The notes below the pieces were generated by a model. It had not been told where the DNA came from, searched no databases, and saw only the letters and a program-made list of their open reading frames with translations. A stretch of DNA of 64,000 bases. Source: Octopus bimaculoides. Taxonomy: Eukaryota. A program made the translations under genes and the position numbers. Shown in pieces: positions 1 to 13,403 of this stretch. Numbering within the stretch: the stretch's first letter is position 1; each line of letters starts with the position of its first letter. The stretch spans positions 30,376,933 through 30,440,932 of the forward strand of contig NC_068991.1 of the NCBI RefSeq assembly GCF_001194135.2, in the 5' to 3' direction.

Positions 1-58
<58 letters not shown>

Positions 59-82
59 ATATTTATGTGCGTATGTCCATGT

Positions 83-300
83 GTCTGCGTTTTGCCCCGC
101 CCCTCCCCATTACTGCTTGACAACCGGTTTTGGTGTGTTTACTTCCCCGCAGGTTAGCGGTCCGGCAAAAAGAGCTCGATAGAATAAAGAGTAGGCTTGC
201 AACGAACAAGTCCTGGTGTCGAGTTGTTCGACCCTTCAAGGCGGTGCTCCAGCATGACCGCAGTCAGATGACTGAAACAAGTAAAAGAATAAAAGAATAT
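83..300 (+). mobile_element. SINE family A, 3' half
   Basis: gcttgacaaccggt..ggtgtgtttac..gcaaaaagag..gatagaataa..gcggtgctccagcatgaccgcagtcagatgactgaaacaagtaaaaga, preceded by (GT)n. Confidence 0.8.
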
Positions 301-810
301 AAGAATCGACTTGGTCCCTTCCCTGAGATTGCTGGCCTTGTGCCAAAAATTTGAAATCAATATTAGAAATTTAATTAAAAGTAATTATGAGGCGAGGAAA
401 TATTTTGTACATACGTACATACATACATACATGCATACATTATAGATGCATACACATATACTACATGCATATATACATACATACATACTACATGCGTATA
501 TACAGACAAGTGAGTAGACACACAAACGTACATACACATGTTCATATATTATTTACATTCAAATTATATATACCTCTCAGTTTTTTTTATGTCTTCTCGG
601 TCATTCTGTACATGTCACTGTGTATGTGTTTGTAGATACATATGTGTGCGTTCATGCGTGTGTGAGCGTGCGTGCGCATGTATGTGTGAGTGTGTGTGTG
701 TGCCTCTCTGTGTACGTATGATCCATAAGCAAGATCACACAGCAAGACGTCTGCCTGTGATGTAGAGCAAGCCAATTAAATAATAATAAGAATACATATA
801 ATACATATAT

Positions 811-867
<57 letters not shown>

Positions 868-1035
868 AACACACACACATATTATTGACGTCATAAGAAT
901 TTCGTGAAGTTTGAGAGAACGTGAACTAATTCTGTTTTGGAATATCTTGCAGCGCATCACAAGGAGCTATAAATAACTGCATGTAAATAACGGGTTAAAC
1001 AACCCTTTCGGAAAGGAAATAATCGAAGATTGCCA

Positions 1036-1091
<56 letters not shown>

Positions 1092-1382
1092 AGTCAGACC
1101 GGATGCATTGCGGTATCTGTTCCAACCGGTTGCATTCTGGGTTCAAATCGCACCATGTGCTTGACTTAACCGGTTTCTCAGTTAAAAACACCAAGACCTG
1201 ATGTTTATTGGACGCCTTTGGCGGGTTCATTCCACTCCGTCGCAAACATTCGGACCAAGTTTCCAGTTTAAGGAATCCGTCATCCTTCCATCATCCCACC
1301 GGTCTTCGAGGCCCCTAAACGATCATGGCCACAGCCTCCTCTCTTCACTAAAAGATAAAACCATACTAAAAATAAGGTGCGG

Positions 1383-1490
1383 GTATGGCTGTGTGGATTA
1401 AGAAGCTTACTTTGCAGCCATGTGGTTTCAGGTTCGGTCCACTGCATGGAGCCATCATATTCCAGGCCGAATAAGCCTTTCTACTATAAG
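1383..1490 (+). mobile_element. SINE family A, decayed head fragment
   Basis: tggctgtgtgg..aagaagctt..catgtggtttcaggttcggtccactgc matches the family A head. Confidence 0.6.
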
Positions 1491-1879
1491 CGGAAAACCT
1501 GAAATTTTGAGAGGAGGAGCTAGTCGATTACATCGACTCAATGCCCAACTAATACTTTATATATCGATCTCGAAAGAACGAAAGGCAAAGTCGACCTCGT
1601 CGAAATTTGAACTCATAACGTAAAAAGTCGGAAGAAATGCCGCTAAGCATTTTGTCCGGCGCGGTTACAATTCTGCCAGCTCGCTCTCTTCCTCAAGCCG
1701 AATAATGCCTTGAGAGTGAATTTGGTAGACGGAAACTGTGTGGAAGCCCATTGCATGTATATATAGAGCGAGAGATACACACACAGAGTAATATATATAT
1801 ATATATATATATGGCACTCCGTCGGTGCCGACGACGAGGGTTCTGGTTAACCTGATCAAGAGAAGAGTCTGCTCATGAA

Positions 1880-2085
1880 ATGATTCAGTCTGTGTGTGTG
1901 TGTGTGTCCAACTGTTTCACAATCGGTGTTGGTTTGTTTACGTCCCATAAATTAATGGCCCGGCAAAAGAGACCGATAGAATAAGATTCTTAGATTAAGA
2001 AAAAAATAATAATTACTGGGGTTGATTTCATCGACTAAAACACCTTTTAAGGCGGAGCCAGAGAATAGTCGCAGTTCAAACACCA
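1880..2085 (+). mobile_element. SINE family A, 3' half
   Basis: caatcggtgttggtttgtttacgtccc..ggcaaaagagaccgatagaataag. Confidence 0.75.
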
Positions 2086-3205
2086 AAACAAAGAAAACAA
2101 AATAGAAAACCATAAAAAAGAAGAAAAAAAACAAAAAAACACACATACACAGATACATATACACACGCACGAGCATGCACACACATACATACGCACATAT
2201 TTAGCCAAAAGTAAGCATTCTACCAACATCAAGACAGGCAACATCCATATAAGGAAGTTCATCTCCACATCACCGCTCCTCATACTCTTTAACCTCCTTC
2301 TCCTCCCACCACCACTGTTACGTAAAGACATATAACATATTGTTTGCTGTCTGCAGAGATGATAAGAAATATCCAAACGAAATATTTTGTTGGCCAAGAA
2401 TTGTTAACCTATTCCACACCCNNNNNNNNNNNNNNNNNNNNNNNNNNNNNNNNNNNNNNNNNNNNNNNNNNNNNNNNNNNNNNNNNNNNNNNNNNNNNNN
2501 NNNNNNNNNNNNNNNNGCAAAGGACCATCTTACGGCTGATCGCTTGACCTATTCGAAACGATAGCTGAAACTCTCTCACATTTCCCCTCCTCCCATTCAA
2601 TAAAGGAAGGGCACATTTTAGATTATGTAACCCTAGATACACTTATCTCAAAAATAAAAATCATTAATAAAAAACGTTCGATTATTACAACTGGAATACT
2701 GTTGATTGTAAGTTTTACTGGACCACGACAGACCTGACTGAAATAGCAGATAAATCTCCCTCAAATCATTACGCACTGCTGTCATAGAAAATAACGGCGC
2801 TTTCTGTAATGCAGCCCTAGTTGTCCTGTGCTTGGGAGAAAAGACGTGATGGTCAAGGCTGGACCGTAATTGATCATAGGTTGCCTTCATTTGGTCTGAA
2901 CTGGAGCAAAAATCTATGCCAACAAGTTTACACAAGACCACAAATCCACGGCTCCCCGGTTCCATGGTTCCACATCACGTTATGACAATCCAATGGGGGA
3001 TCCCCTATGTGGCCAGCCAATATGCCAGAAATAGCGACGAAATCTCATTTGGCTCTTAAAAAACAAAAAAGGGAAGGGCACACGTAGTTCTGGACGACTG
3101 GTGTTTGGAGCAAGAGGTATGGAAAAAGTGAGTGACCGTCCTTGGTCTTAGGATTAAAGGTCCCCTGCGTTAAAACTGGGACCTGGGATTAAACATTGCA
3201 AACGG

Positions 3206-3275
3206 CGGCGGCGGCGGCGGCGGCGGCGACAACAACAACAACAACAGCAACAGCAACAGCAGCAGCAGCAGCTAC
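3206..3275. repeat. (GGC)8 followed by (CAA)/(CAG) trinucleotide repeat
   Basis: Direct inspection. Confidence 0.95.
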
Positions 3276-3407
3276 AACAATTTAACATGACAGTTCCACT
3301 CGACTCGCTCAACTACTCGATGACGTAACCATCCCTTCACTCACTTTCACTCTTCACTCAAAAAGCTTCACTCCACCTCTTTACCATATATATATGTATA
3401 TATATGT

Positions 3408-3442
<35 letters not shown>

Positions 3443-4040
3443 GAGTGTATGTGTATGTGTGTGTATGTGTGTGTATGTATATGTATGTATGTATATATAT
3501 ATATGTATGTATGTATGTATAAGACCTACGCGAAACTGGCTCACGCAACGCAACGCAACATAGCACAGCGCCCACCCCATGCAATTGCACCGTAAAGTCA
3601 TCACGCCAAAAGTACAAGTCACCTTTTCTTCTCTGAGCGTTCAAAGGTAGGCAGAGTGGGGGTTCGTGGCATGCGTGTATGTACGTACGGGTGTGTGTAT
3701 GTACGTACGGGTGTATGTATGTATGTACGGGTGTATGTGTGTATGTATATTGTAATTACAGAGGGCTGCAGGGGAAATGTAGATAAGGTAGAGAGAATAC
3801 AGGCTTCGTTTGGTGTTGGCTCTTTTTTTTGTTTTTGGTTTTGGCACGTATAATTGATTACCATTTTTTTGCCTTACCTCAATGTCTTTGTTCCTTCCTT
3901 CCTTCCTTCCTTCCTTCCCCTCTTCCTTTATTCCGTCCTTCCTCTCATAATTCTGCCATATTTCTGAATCTCTTTCTGCTTTATATGATGTTACGGTGAG
4001 ATTTGAGAGGAAGATAAGAGAGAGAGGGAAAGAGAGAGAA

Positions 4041-4089
<49 letters not shown>

Positions 4090-4175
4090 GAGAGAAAGGT
4101 AGACAGATAAATAGAGAGAGAGAGATGGAGAAGGAGGGCTTTGGCTGCTATTTCTCACGGTTGGATTACGTAGAG

Positions 4176-4322
4176 CAGACATAGGCAAAATTTATTGAGA
4201 AGCAGGCCACATGAGACATGGCCCGTCATCAGGTGGGCCGTACAACTAACAAAGTTTCAAGGTAAGATTTCGTTGGGTGTGCCATTCAGAAAGCACCGCG
4301 GGCCGCAGTTTGCTCATGACTG
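4176..4322. mobile_element. Short hAT-type MITE
   Basis: Ends CAGACATAGGCAAA and TTTGCTCATGACTG (11/14 match). TSD ACGTAGAG / ACGTGGAG (7/8). Subterminal GCGGGCCGCAG motif typical of hAT ends. Confidence 0.7.
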
Positions 4323-4634
4323 ACGTGGAGCCTCCCTGGTTGGCCAGTTCCATTACAATTTTCCTGGATAAGTCACTAGTCTCTCACAGCGACACTCACC
4401 ATACAAAATGTTGATACCTATTTCATTAAGACAATCACGGGAAAGACCTCTGTCTGCGAAACGATGCAGCTTAGCAAAACTAGGGTCGTCGCAGACGTTA
4501 CTCTCAGAAGTCAAAGCGCAAAGAGCTGGAACAGATGGTTTGCGGCATTCTGTGCACCCTTCTCACAGTTCCACCAATCCTCTGCCCTAGAACAATACCG
4601 TTCTTATCAACACCAAATATACATTCACACACAC

Positions 4635-4680
<46 letters not shown>

Positions 4681-5944
4681 CAATGTTAAATTTCTGAACG
4701 AGGTATGAACAGTAACTGCACGACAACGTGAAGTATATTTGCCACTTAAATGCGGCTAAACCCTAAGGGTGAATGTTACTGTTGCTTTTAGCCCCAGGAG
4801 AACATCTCCTCCAGCTGGCTATTGACACACATCTGTGTCCTGTCTGTATATATATATATATATAATATCTTAGTATATTTCCCCTCTGTTCTGTTGTCGA
4901 TCTTCTTTTAAATATAAACCACATATTGAGAGCCGTGGCCGGTTTATCCATGCTAGTTTTGAAGGCCCGCCTGTCTACACTGGTCACTTATCGCCTTGAC
5001 GGGGGTGATAAGCCCCAGGCATCGGTACCACGCTAGAATTCAAACACCAAACACAAGTTGCCCGAAGGAAACGCCGGACGGCCTTTTGTCCATTGCGTTG
5101 ACAATTGTGGTTCGACACATCTCACATGTCCATCGATGAATAATTTTATGTATCGACCCAGAAACGATGAGATATGATGCAAAATAAAAATAATATTAAA
5201 AAAATAAAATCTAAACAAAAACAATAGTGACCTATTTGAAAAGAAATCATGAAATGTCGATATTGTTCTTTAATGTGTTCGATCTTCGAACTCTTAGATT
5301 TTTAACTTTAACAAAATGATAAAAATGATCAGTTTGCCTTTGAAGAATGCACTGTTTATTTATTTATTTATTTATTTATCTACTTATTTATCATCATCAT
5401 CATCGACGTCATTGTCATCTTCATCGTCGTCGTCATCACCATCATCATCATTATCATTACATCATTGTCACCACCACCACCACCACCACCACCTATATTA
5501 TTATTATTATTATTGTCTTATTATTATTATTATTATTATTATTATTCTTACTTCCTTCCTTCCTCCTTCTCTACTTTCCTTCCTCCTCCTCCTCTTCCTT
5601 CTGTAGCATGTTTGTTATCTTATAAAATGTCTCACAGCCATGAAGACGTTCCAGACAATTGATTAAATATGAATTTAAAATCGATAATCGAGATATGATT
5701 TCCATCAACAAGCAGTAGCAGCAACAGCAGCAGTAGTAGTAGAAGTAGTAGTAGTAGTAGCTGCTGCCGCTGCATTACTCTTGTTGATTATTCTAATCTG
5801 CTGTATATTGTTGTATATCTCAACAGTAATCGAACAGATATAGTGATCAAAAACGTTCCGATATATCAACAAATGGTGTTCTTTTTTCTTTCCTGGCGAC
5901 GGGTCCGACTCGAACCTCTAGTCTCTTGTTTATCCTGGAGTATC

Positions 5945-6213
5945 ACGGTATCATCCAGACTGTCGGATGTTGTTATACATCGCTGCTCACAATGCACTTT
6001 GCATTACTCTTAGCTTTTGAATGCAGCCACTCAGCTGGCTAGGTGAGCAGGACGATATTCCTTCCTCATTGGAAGAGTATTCCGTCGCAGGGTGGTTCCA
6101 GTTACATCTGATTGGACTGGAGCGACGTGAAATGAAGTGTTCTGCCCAAGAACACAACGTGCAGCCGGTTTGAGAATCGAACCACAATCTCGCGATCGTC
6201 AATGCGGCACTCC

Positions 6214-6215
<2 letters not shown>
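5945..6215 (-). mobile_element. tRNA-headed SINE with CORE-like middle and a different tail
   Basis: ggactggagcgacgtgaaatgaagtgttctgcccaagaacacaacg..gaatcgaaaccacaatctcgcgatcg. The middle matches family B'; the tail does not. Confidence 0.7.
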
Positions 6216-6275
<60 letters not shown>

Positions 6276-6455
6276 CATATATATAGATATAGATATATAT
6301 GAATATATATATATATATATATGTATTTATTACTGTATGGATGCACGCATGCATACATACAAACAAACGCATATACATCTATCTATCTATCTATCTATCT
6401 ATACACACGTGTGGCATTATGTTTGCAAGTAGCAGTATAATCTGTGTGTATGTTT

Positions 6456-6487
<32 letters not shown>

Positions 6488-6530
6488 GTATGTATTTATG
6501 TATGTGCGTATATATATATATATATGCGTG

Positions 6531-6563
<33 letters not shown>

Positions 6564-7094
6564 CTGTGTAGTTAGGTGGATATATTCGCTATATTTATAC
6601 TCATATAAATATATAATACACGCAAACACACACACACACACACATATTATATATATATATATATNNNNNNNNNNNNNNNNNNNNNNNNNNNNNNNNNNNN
6701 NNNNNNNNNNNNNNNNNNNNNNNNNNNNNNNNNNNNNNNNNNNNNNNNNNNNNNNNNNNNNNNNNNNNNNNNNNNNNNNNNNNNNNNNNNNNNNNNNNNN
6801 NNNNNNNNNNNNNNNNNNNNNNNNNNNNNNNNNNNNNNNNNNNNNNNNNNNNNNNNNNNNNNNNNNNNNNNNNNNNNNNNNNNNNNNNNNNNNNNNNNNN
6901 NNNNNNNNNNNNNNNNNNNNNNNNNNNNNNNNNNNNNNNNNNNNNNNNNNNNNNNNNNNNNNNNNNNNNNNNNNNNNNNNNNNNNNNNNNNNNNNNNNNN
7001 NNNNNNNNNNNNNNNNNNNNNNNNNNNNNNNNNNNNNNNNNNNNNNNNNNNNNNNNNNNNNNNNNNTTCTCACTGTTCAGAGAGAGCAAAAGAC

Positions 7095-7179
<85 letters not shown>

Positions 7180-7502
7180 CGGATGGATTGGGGGAGCCTT
7201 CATCTCTTCACCTTACATGATCTATTATAATTATCTCTGTTGTTGTTGTTGCTATAGGTGTCGTCGTCGTCGTCGTCGTCGTCATCATCATCATCATCAG
7301 CATCGTCTACATCACCGTGAGCTGTGCAGTGCATGTAATTAGCAATAACTGTCAGGTAAGTATGTAAGCAAGAAATGCAATAAAAAAAAAACGCCACGTT
7401 ATGTATGCATGCACACACACACACATATATAAGTGTATATGAGCATATACGTATGTGTGTCTGCATCAGCATCCATACATATATATATACACACATACAT
7501 AC

Positions 7503-7539
<37 letters not shown>

Positions 7540-8125
7540 CTATATACATACTCATATATAAATAATATATATATATAGTTAAATGCAGAGGTAATGAGGG
7601 AAGAGAAGAAGATGGAAAAACCAGTAAGAGAGAAAATAACAATATATTAGAGAAAGAAGAAGGGAGAACGTCTGAGACGAAAAGATAGCCATATGTATGT
7701 ATGTGTGTGTGTGTATATATNNNNNNNNNNNNNNNNNNNNNNNNNNNNNNNNNNNNNNNNNNNNNNNNNNNNNNNNNNNNNNNNNNNNNNNNNNNNNNNN
7801 NNNNNNNNNNNNNNNNNNNNNNNNNNNNNNNNNNNNNNNNNNNNNNNNNNNNNNNNNNNNNNNNNNNNNNNNNNNNNNNNNNNNNNNNNNNNNNNNNNNN
7901 NNNNNNNNNNNGGACAGAAGCAGACAGACATCGATAGAGAAAGAGGGAGAGAGTAGAAAAGTTGAAGTTTTCAGGTAAAGAAACATATTTCTGTGTTTTA
8001 AGAGTTATACATAAAAATCGCTGCTTTGAAAGAGTGTAGATCTTGGTTCAAATCTTAAGTGATCGGAATCGAGTTACACAAACACACACAGACACACATT
8101 TAAATATATATATATATATATAGAG

Positions 8126-8197
<72 letters not shown>
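8126..8197. repeat. (GATA)n microsatellite
   Basis: Direct inspection. Confidence 0.95.
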
Positions 8198-8198
<1 letters not shown>

Positions 8199-9619
8199 TA
8201 TGAATGTATATGTGTGTATGTTTTTAATGCCAAAAGCATGCAAGTCATAAGAAATATTACAAGTCGTCGGTTTGTACTTTTGCCTCGTATCTTTTCTTAT
8301 AGCTTGCATTGTTTTCACTTTAAAACATAAATATCAGACAACGGTTCAGGCAAACTATAGCACTTTAAGATATATTTGTGCATGTATGTAAGTGTGCATG
8401 TGTTAGTTAATGTTGGTGTTTGAAAACGAAGATAAATGTACTCAATACATAGAGGCAGGTGTGTTTATATTTTATTAGAAGCTGAAGATTCTTGCGTTGT
8501 AACTAAGAGTTTCCTTGGTTGCACTTGTTGAATCTATTCGCACATGCAAACGTGAAGTGCAGAATACGATGTAAAAATCTTTCTTCATAGCGTAGACGTC
8601 TCCTCTAACATAATCAGGTATGCCCTATTTCATATAAAACATCACTTTCAAACAATACAAATAACATAAGTTCTTCAATGCACACAACATAAAGGTCAGC
8701 CAATAATGCTTAAGCAGCATCGCTTTTCACACGTCAGTATCACACATCACAATAAAATAACACACCTGCATAATCTCCCACTTTGCTTTGCAATCGTCTA
8801 AATCGATCTACTTTCAGGAAAACATACCTCTTTGAAGTGATAGTATTTAGAGCATCAAGTGCACAAGCTATACGGTATCCATAGGACACACAAGTTCTCA
8901 CATCACTGAATCTAATGACTTCGGAAAAGGTTACAATCAATATGAATTTCTTTAAGTCTAGGAACATGGAAAATTCTCGAGTCCTGTACTAATTTATCTG
9001 GGAGCTCTGGAAGAAAGGAAACAATTGTCATACATTGGCAGAAAATACTGTTAACTGAGCGACTCCAAATTCTAAAGGATTATGTGACTCTAGAATTTGC
9101 TTATCTGAAATGACACGTGGCGTCTTTCAATAGAAAGTCCGAGGTGTTGTCAGCTGTCGTTACAGGCAGATATTCCTTCAGGAAAATTTTCAGTTAGCTG
9201 AACATCCTGAGCCAAACAATGCATGTTCACAAAAATGCTTGACTAGGAGTCCCCTGCGAATAGATTCCTTTGCGAATGAACGTACTACTCTACTTGGTTG
9301 TCAGCCTTGCAGCTTAGAGCCTTTCAAATTCCCATCACGTGATATACTTTGACTAATTGCAAGCGACCTTAACCACGACAAATGTGCAGTGTTTCTTTCT
9401 TCCTTTTTTTTTTTTGAATAACATGCAGCTGTGTCAACATTCACGAAAGACAGTTGAAGGATTCCATAAATATTCCACACTAGTGTGATCCTTCAAGAAA
9501 TGCTCTGCTAAATCTTTTGCCTATAAACATCAAACCGACACAATGTGGTAGATGCTATCATTTTTACAACATAAACATGTATGTATGTATATGTGCGCGC
9601 GCGTGTGTGTATGAATGTG

Positions 9620-9775
9620 GCAAAATAGGTACTAAACTGGTACCTATTTTATCAACTTACGAAAGCATGAAAAGCGAAGTCAACCTCAGCGGAATTTGAA
9701 CTCAAAACGTAAAGACGGACGAACTGGCGCTAAGCATTTTCTCAGACGTCCTAACCACTCTGCTACCACGCTCCC
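9620..9775 (-). mobile_element. SINE family C, head half
   Basis: ggtacctattttatc..gtcaacctcagcggaatttgaactcaaaacgtaaagacggacgaa..gctaagcatttt. A similar head fragment lies at about 1570-1685. Confidence 0.75.
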
Positions 9776-9977
9776 TTATATTTTACGTGTTTATTGGTGT
9801 TTGTTTGGCGAACTTCATATAATATTCTCTTATTACACAATTAGAGAATGGGGAAACTGAAATTAATTGGGTATTAAAAAGTGTGTGTTTGTGTGTGTAT
9901 CTCTGAGCGTGTATGACTGTGTAAGTGCGTTCGTATATTAATATGTATATGCGATGTGTGTGTCTATGTGTGTGAGT

Positions 9978-10032
<55 letters not shown>

Positions 10033-10373
10033 NNNNNNNNNNNNNNNNNNNNNNNNNNNNNNNNNNNNNNNNNNNNNNNNNNNNNNNNNNNNNNNNNNNN
10101 NNNNNNNNNNNNNNNNNNNNNNNNNNNNNNNNNNNNNNNNNNNNNNNNNNNNNNNNNNNNNNNNNNNNNNNNNNNNNNNNNNNNNNNNNNNNNNNNNNNN
10201 NNNNNNNNNNNNNNNNNNNNNNNNNNNNNNNNNNNNNNNNNNNNNNNNNNNNNNNNNNNNNNNNNNNNNNNNNNNNNNNNNNNNNNNNNNNNNNNNNNNN
10301 NNNNNNNNNNNNNNNNNNNNNNNNNNNNNNNNNNNNNNNNNNNNNNNNNNNNNNNNNNNNNNNNNNNNNNNNN

Positions 10374-10405
<32 letters not shown>

Positions 10406-11026
10406 ATGTGTATATACCTATGTATGTATATATTCATGTATATATTTAGCTATACATATACACACATGTACATATATATCACGTGTGATTTTTTTAAAGG
10501 AAAGCCGCTGGGAGGTGTTCAAGATATTTACAAACTTTCTACGCAAACATAACCCCCACACACACACACACACACACATACACACACATACACACGCACT
10601 CTCTCACACTCTCTCCCCTCCTCTCTCTCTCATATATATGCGGGTAGGTACGTAGAACGCCATGTTAGACATCTGTGTGAGGGTAGCATGTCCTTGATGT
10701 GCTCGACGACTGACGTAATAAATCCGAAAACTAGACAGATTGAAACGTATAAAATTGAAAAAATGAGTTGTATAAAAACCTAATTAGAGAAAGATTGGAA
10801 GTGGAAACCTCAATGGTTCTGTCCGCCCGTCTGTCTATTTGTCTGTCTGCCTGCCTCCCCGTGTACGTATGTACTAGCTGCACACACACACACACACCAC
10901 ATTCATGTATGATATACGTACACACATATATATGTATGTGTGTAAGTATGTATGTGTGTGTATGACTATGTATACCATATATACATATGAGCATGTAAGT
11001 TTGCATGTATATATATATGTGCATAA

Positions 11027-11101
<75 letters not shown>

Positions 11102-11769
11102 TATATATTTCTACTTATGGACTCCAGTGACTAAACATTACATATTTACAAAGCTGTACTCATTCATACACATACGCACACACATACAAACATATGCGAT
11201 TATATCTGGGTATTAATTGTCCATTTTCTCTCTCCTTACAGGGAACAACAGGGTGCAGCTTGATGTTTCCGACTGCATTGACGCTGCGGCATTACTGTTT
11301 AGTGCATCAATAAATACACTCAAAACCCGGTTATACCGCCAGTCACACTCTCCATGGAATGATACGGTCGCTGCCAGAATATACTTCAACGATGCATAAT
11401 ATCCTACACGGATAATAACCAGGGATGTAAGCTCACTATGCATGGCTAACTTTGCGGGCATTATTTTCTACAATGCATTCATTATTTTCCATAAGGCATC
11501 CGAGGTGTTGCTGCATGATCTTACAAAACTTGTGGGTGTCATGCGATGTGTATATACATGTATAAATATATATATATATATANNNNNNNNNNNNNNNNNN
11601 NNNNNNNNNNNNNNNNNNNNNNNNNNNNNNNNNNNNNNNNNNNNNNNNNNNNNNNNNNNNNNNNNNNNNNNNNNNNNNNNNNNNNNNNNNNNNNNNNNNN
11701 NNNNNNNNNNNNNNNNNNNNNNNNNNNNNNNNNNNNNNNNNNNNNNNNNNNNNNNNNNNNNNNNNNNNN

Positions 11770-11809
<40 letters not shown>

Positions 11810-12020
11810 AATCCCCCAAAACGAAGAACAAACACAAAAAAACAACAACACGAGGATGTGGGACATGTAAAGTATTAGCAGACGCTCAAGGAAGAAAAGA
11901 AAGGTGTTTTTACGTTTCGAGCAAATCTCTTCTTCAGAAACAGAGGAAAGTCCAATATAAAAGGAAGATGGAAGAGAGAAAAATCGCCAACGATTCACAT
12001 GTGGTTAGTTAATAAAGGAA

Positions 12021-12152
12021 ACGGAAGATGGATTTAACACGAAACTTTATTCAGCACTATCATCGTTTGAACTGATGCACCGCATCTTGATGCACAATAT
12101 CCAATGGGATAGAGGCAGGTGTGTTGAAACAATCGTCGTGCCGAATAAAGAT
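12021..12152. repeat. Related short inverted repeat
   Basis: The 12021-12072 sequence ACGGAAGATGGA..TTTATTCAGCACTATCATCGTTTGAAC resembles the 19492 arm. 12043-12072 and 12123-12152 are inverted (about 23/30). Confidence 0.65.
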
Positions 12153-12328
12153 TCGTACTATATCGATCTTTTGTTTCCTTTATCACTTATAAACTCAAGA
12201 AAAACTGTTGATTTCATAACGTAGATCCAGTGAAAATTATATCGCTTTTGTAGATGACATGAGGTAGCCCAAGCGGTGGATATGCTTTTATCGACACACT
12301 AATAGACATATACAAAAATACCAAATAG

Positions 12329-12385
<57 letters not shown>

Positions 12386-12564
12386 TATATTTAACTCTAG
12401 GTTAACGCATAATACACGTGCGTAAGCACACATATCTATGATCAAAATATACCGAACACGTACGTGAATTGGCATATATATATACATACACACATATATA
12501 TATATACACACACAAATATATATGTAGATACATATATATATACATTATTAATGTATATATATCT

Positions 12565-12672
12565 ACATATATATGTATATATATATATGTATGTATATAT
12601 ACATATATATGTATATATATATATGTATGTATATATACATATATATGTATATATATATATGTATGTATATAT
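12565..12672. repeat. 36-bp higher-order repeat x3 within a (TA)-rich microsatellite
   Basis: acatatatatgtatatatatatatgtatgtatatat repeated three times. Confidence 0.8.
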
Positions 12673-12813
12673 ACATATATATATGTATATATAGATATAT
12701 ATACACACACACACAGACCCATACACACACATATATATGCATGTGTATGTGTATAGATATGTGAGTGTCAAGCAAATCGATGCAGCTAATGTAATGCTTT
12801 AGAGCGTATGACG

Positions 12814-12844
<31 letters not shown>

Positions 12845-13221
12845 TGTATATAGATATGTATGCGTGTGTGTGTGCGTATGTAGGTACGTATCTGTATGCA
12901 CCAGGTGCTAGAAAGTATGCACCACCATTTATGGAGACAGGCTTTTTCGCTCACTGAACAGCTGCTGGTGATGAGGTGATGACGGCGATGACGACGACGC
13001 CGAGAAATATGGTGGCGTTGGGGATGGTGGTGGTGGTGGTGGTGGTAATGGCGGTGTTGGAAGAGGTGTGATAATGATGATGGGTTGATTACGATGACGA
13101 CGACGACGTTCATAATTCTAATAGTGGTGGTGATGGTGGTAGTATGTTAATAATGATGAGGATGGTGATGATGACGATGATGACGTCGACGACGACGACG
13201 ATTTTGACAACTATGGTTCAT

Positions 13222-13403
13222 ATTCGTTTCAAATTTTGGCACAAGGCCAGCAATTTTAGGCGAAGGGGGTTTAAGTCGATTACATCGACCCCCCAGTACT
13301 TAACTGGTATCTATTTTATCGACAGTGACAGGATGAAAGGCAAACTCGACCTCGGCGTAATTTGAACTCAGAAAGAGAAGACGCGCGAAATGCCGCTAAG
13401 CAT
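13222..13403 (-). mobile_element. SINE family C (OK-like by recall)
   Basis: tttcaaattttggcacaaggccagcaa..gtcgattacatcgacccc..ggtatctattttatcgac..aaaggcaaactcgacctcggcgtaatttgaactcagaa..aaatgccgctaagcatt. Confidence 0.85.

Noticed and set aside
1090-1340. Possible RTE C-terminal relic on the minus strand
   Set aside because: Only scattered mixed-frame words (TEW, RRP); too weak to call.
3206-3330. Poly-Gln stretch QQQQLQQFNMTVPLDSLNYSMT
   Set aside because: It is embedded in a compound trinucleotide repeat with no splice or start support.
4420-4460. FIKTITGKT resembling the ubiquitin N-terminus
   Set aside because: Similarity does not continue through the rest of the ubiquitin fold.
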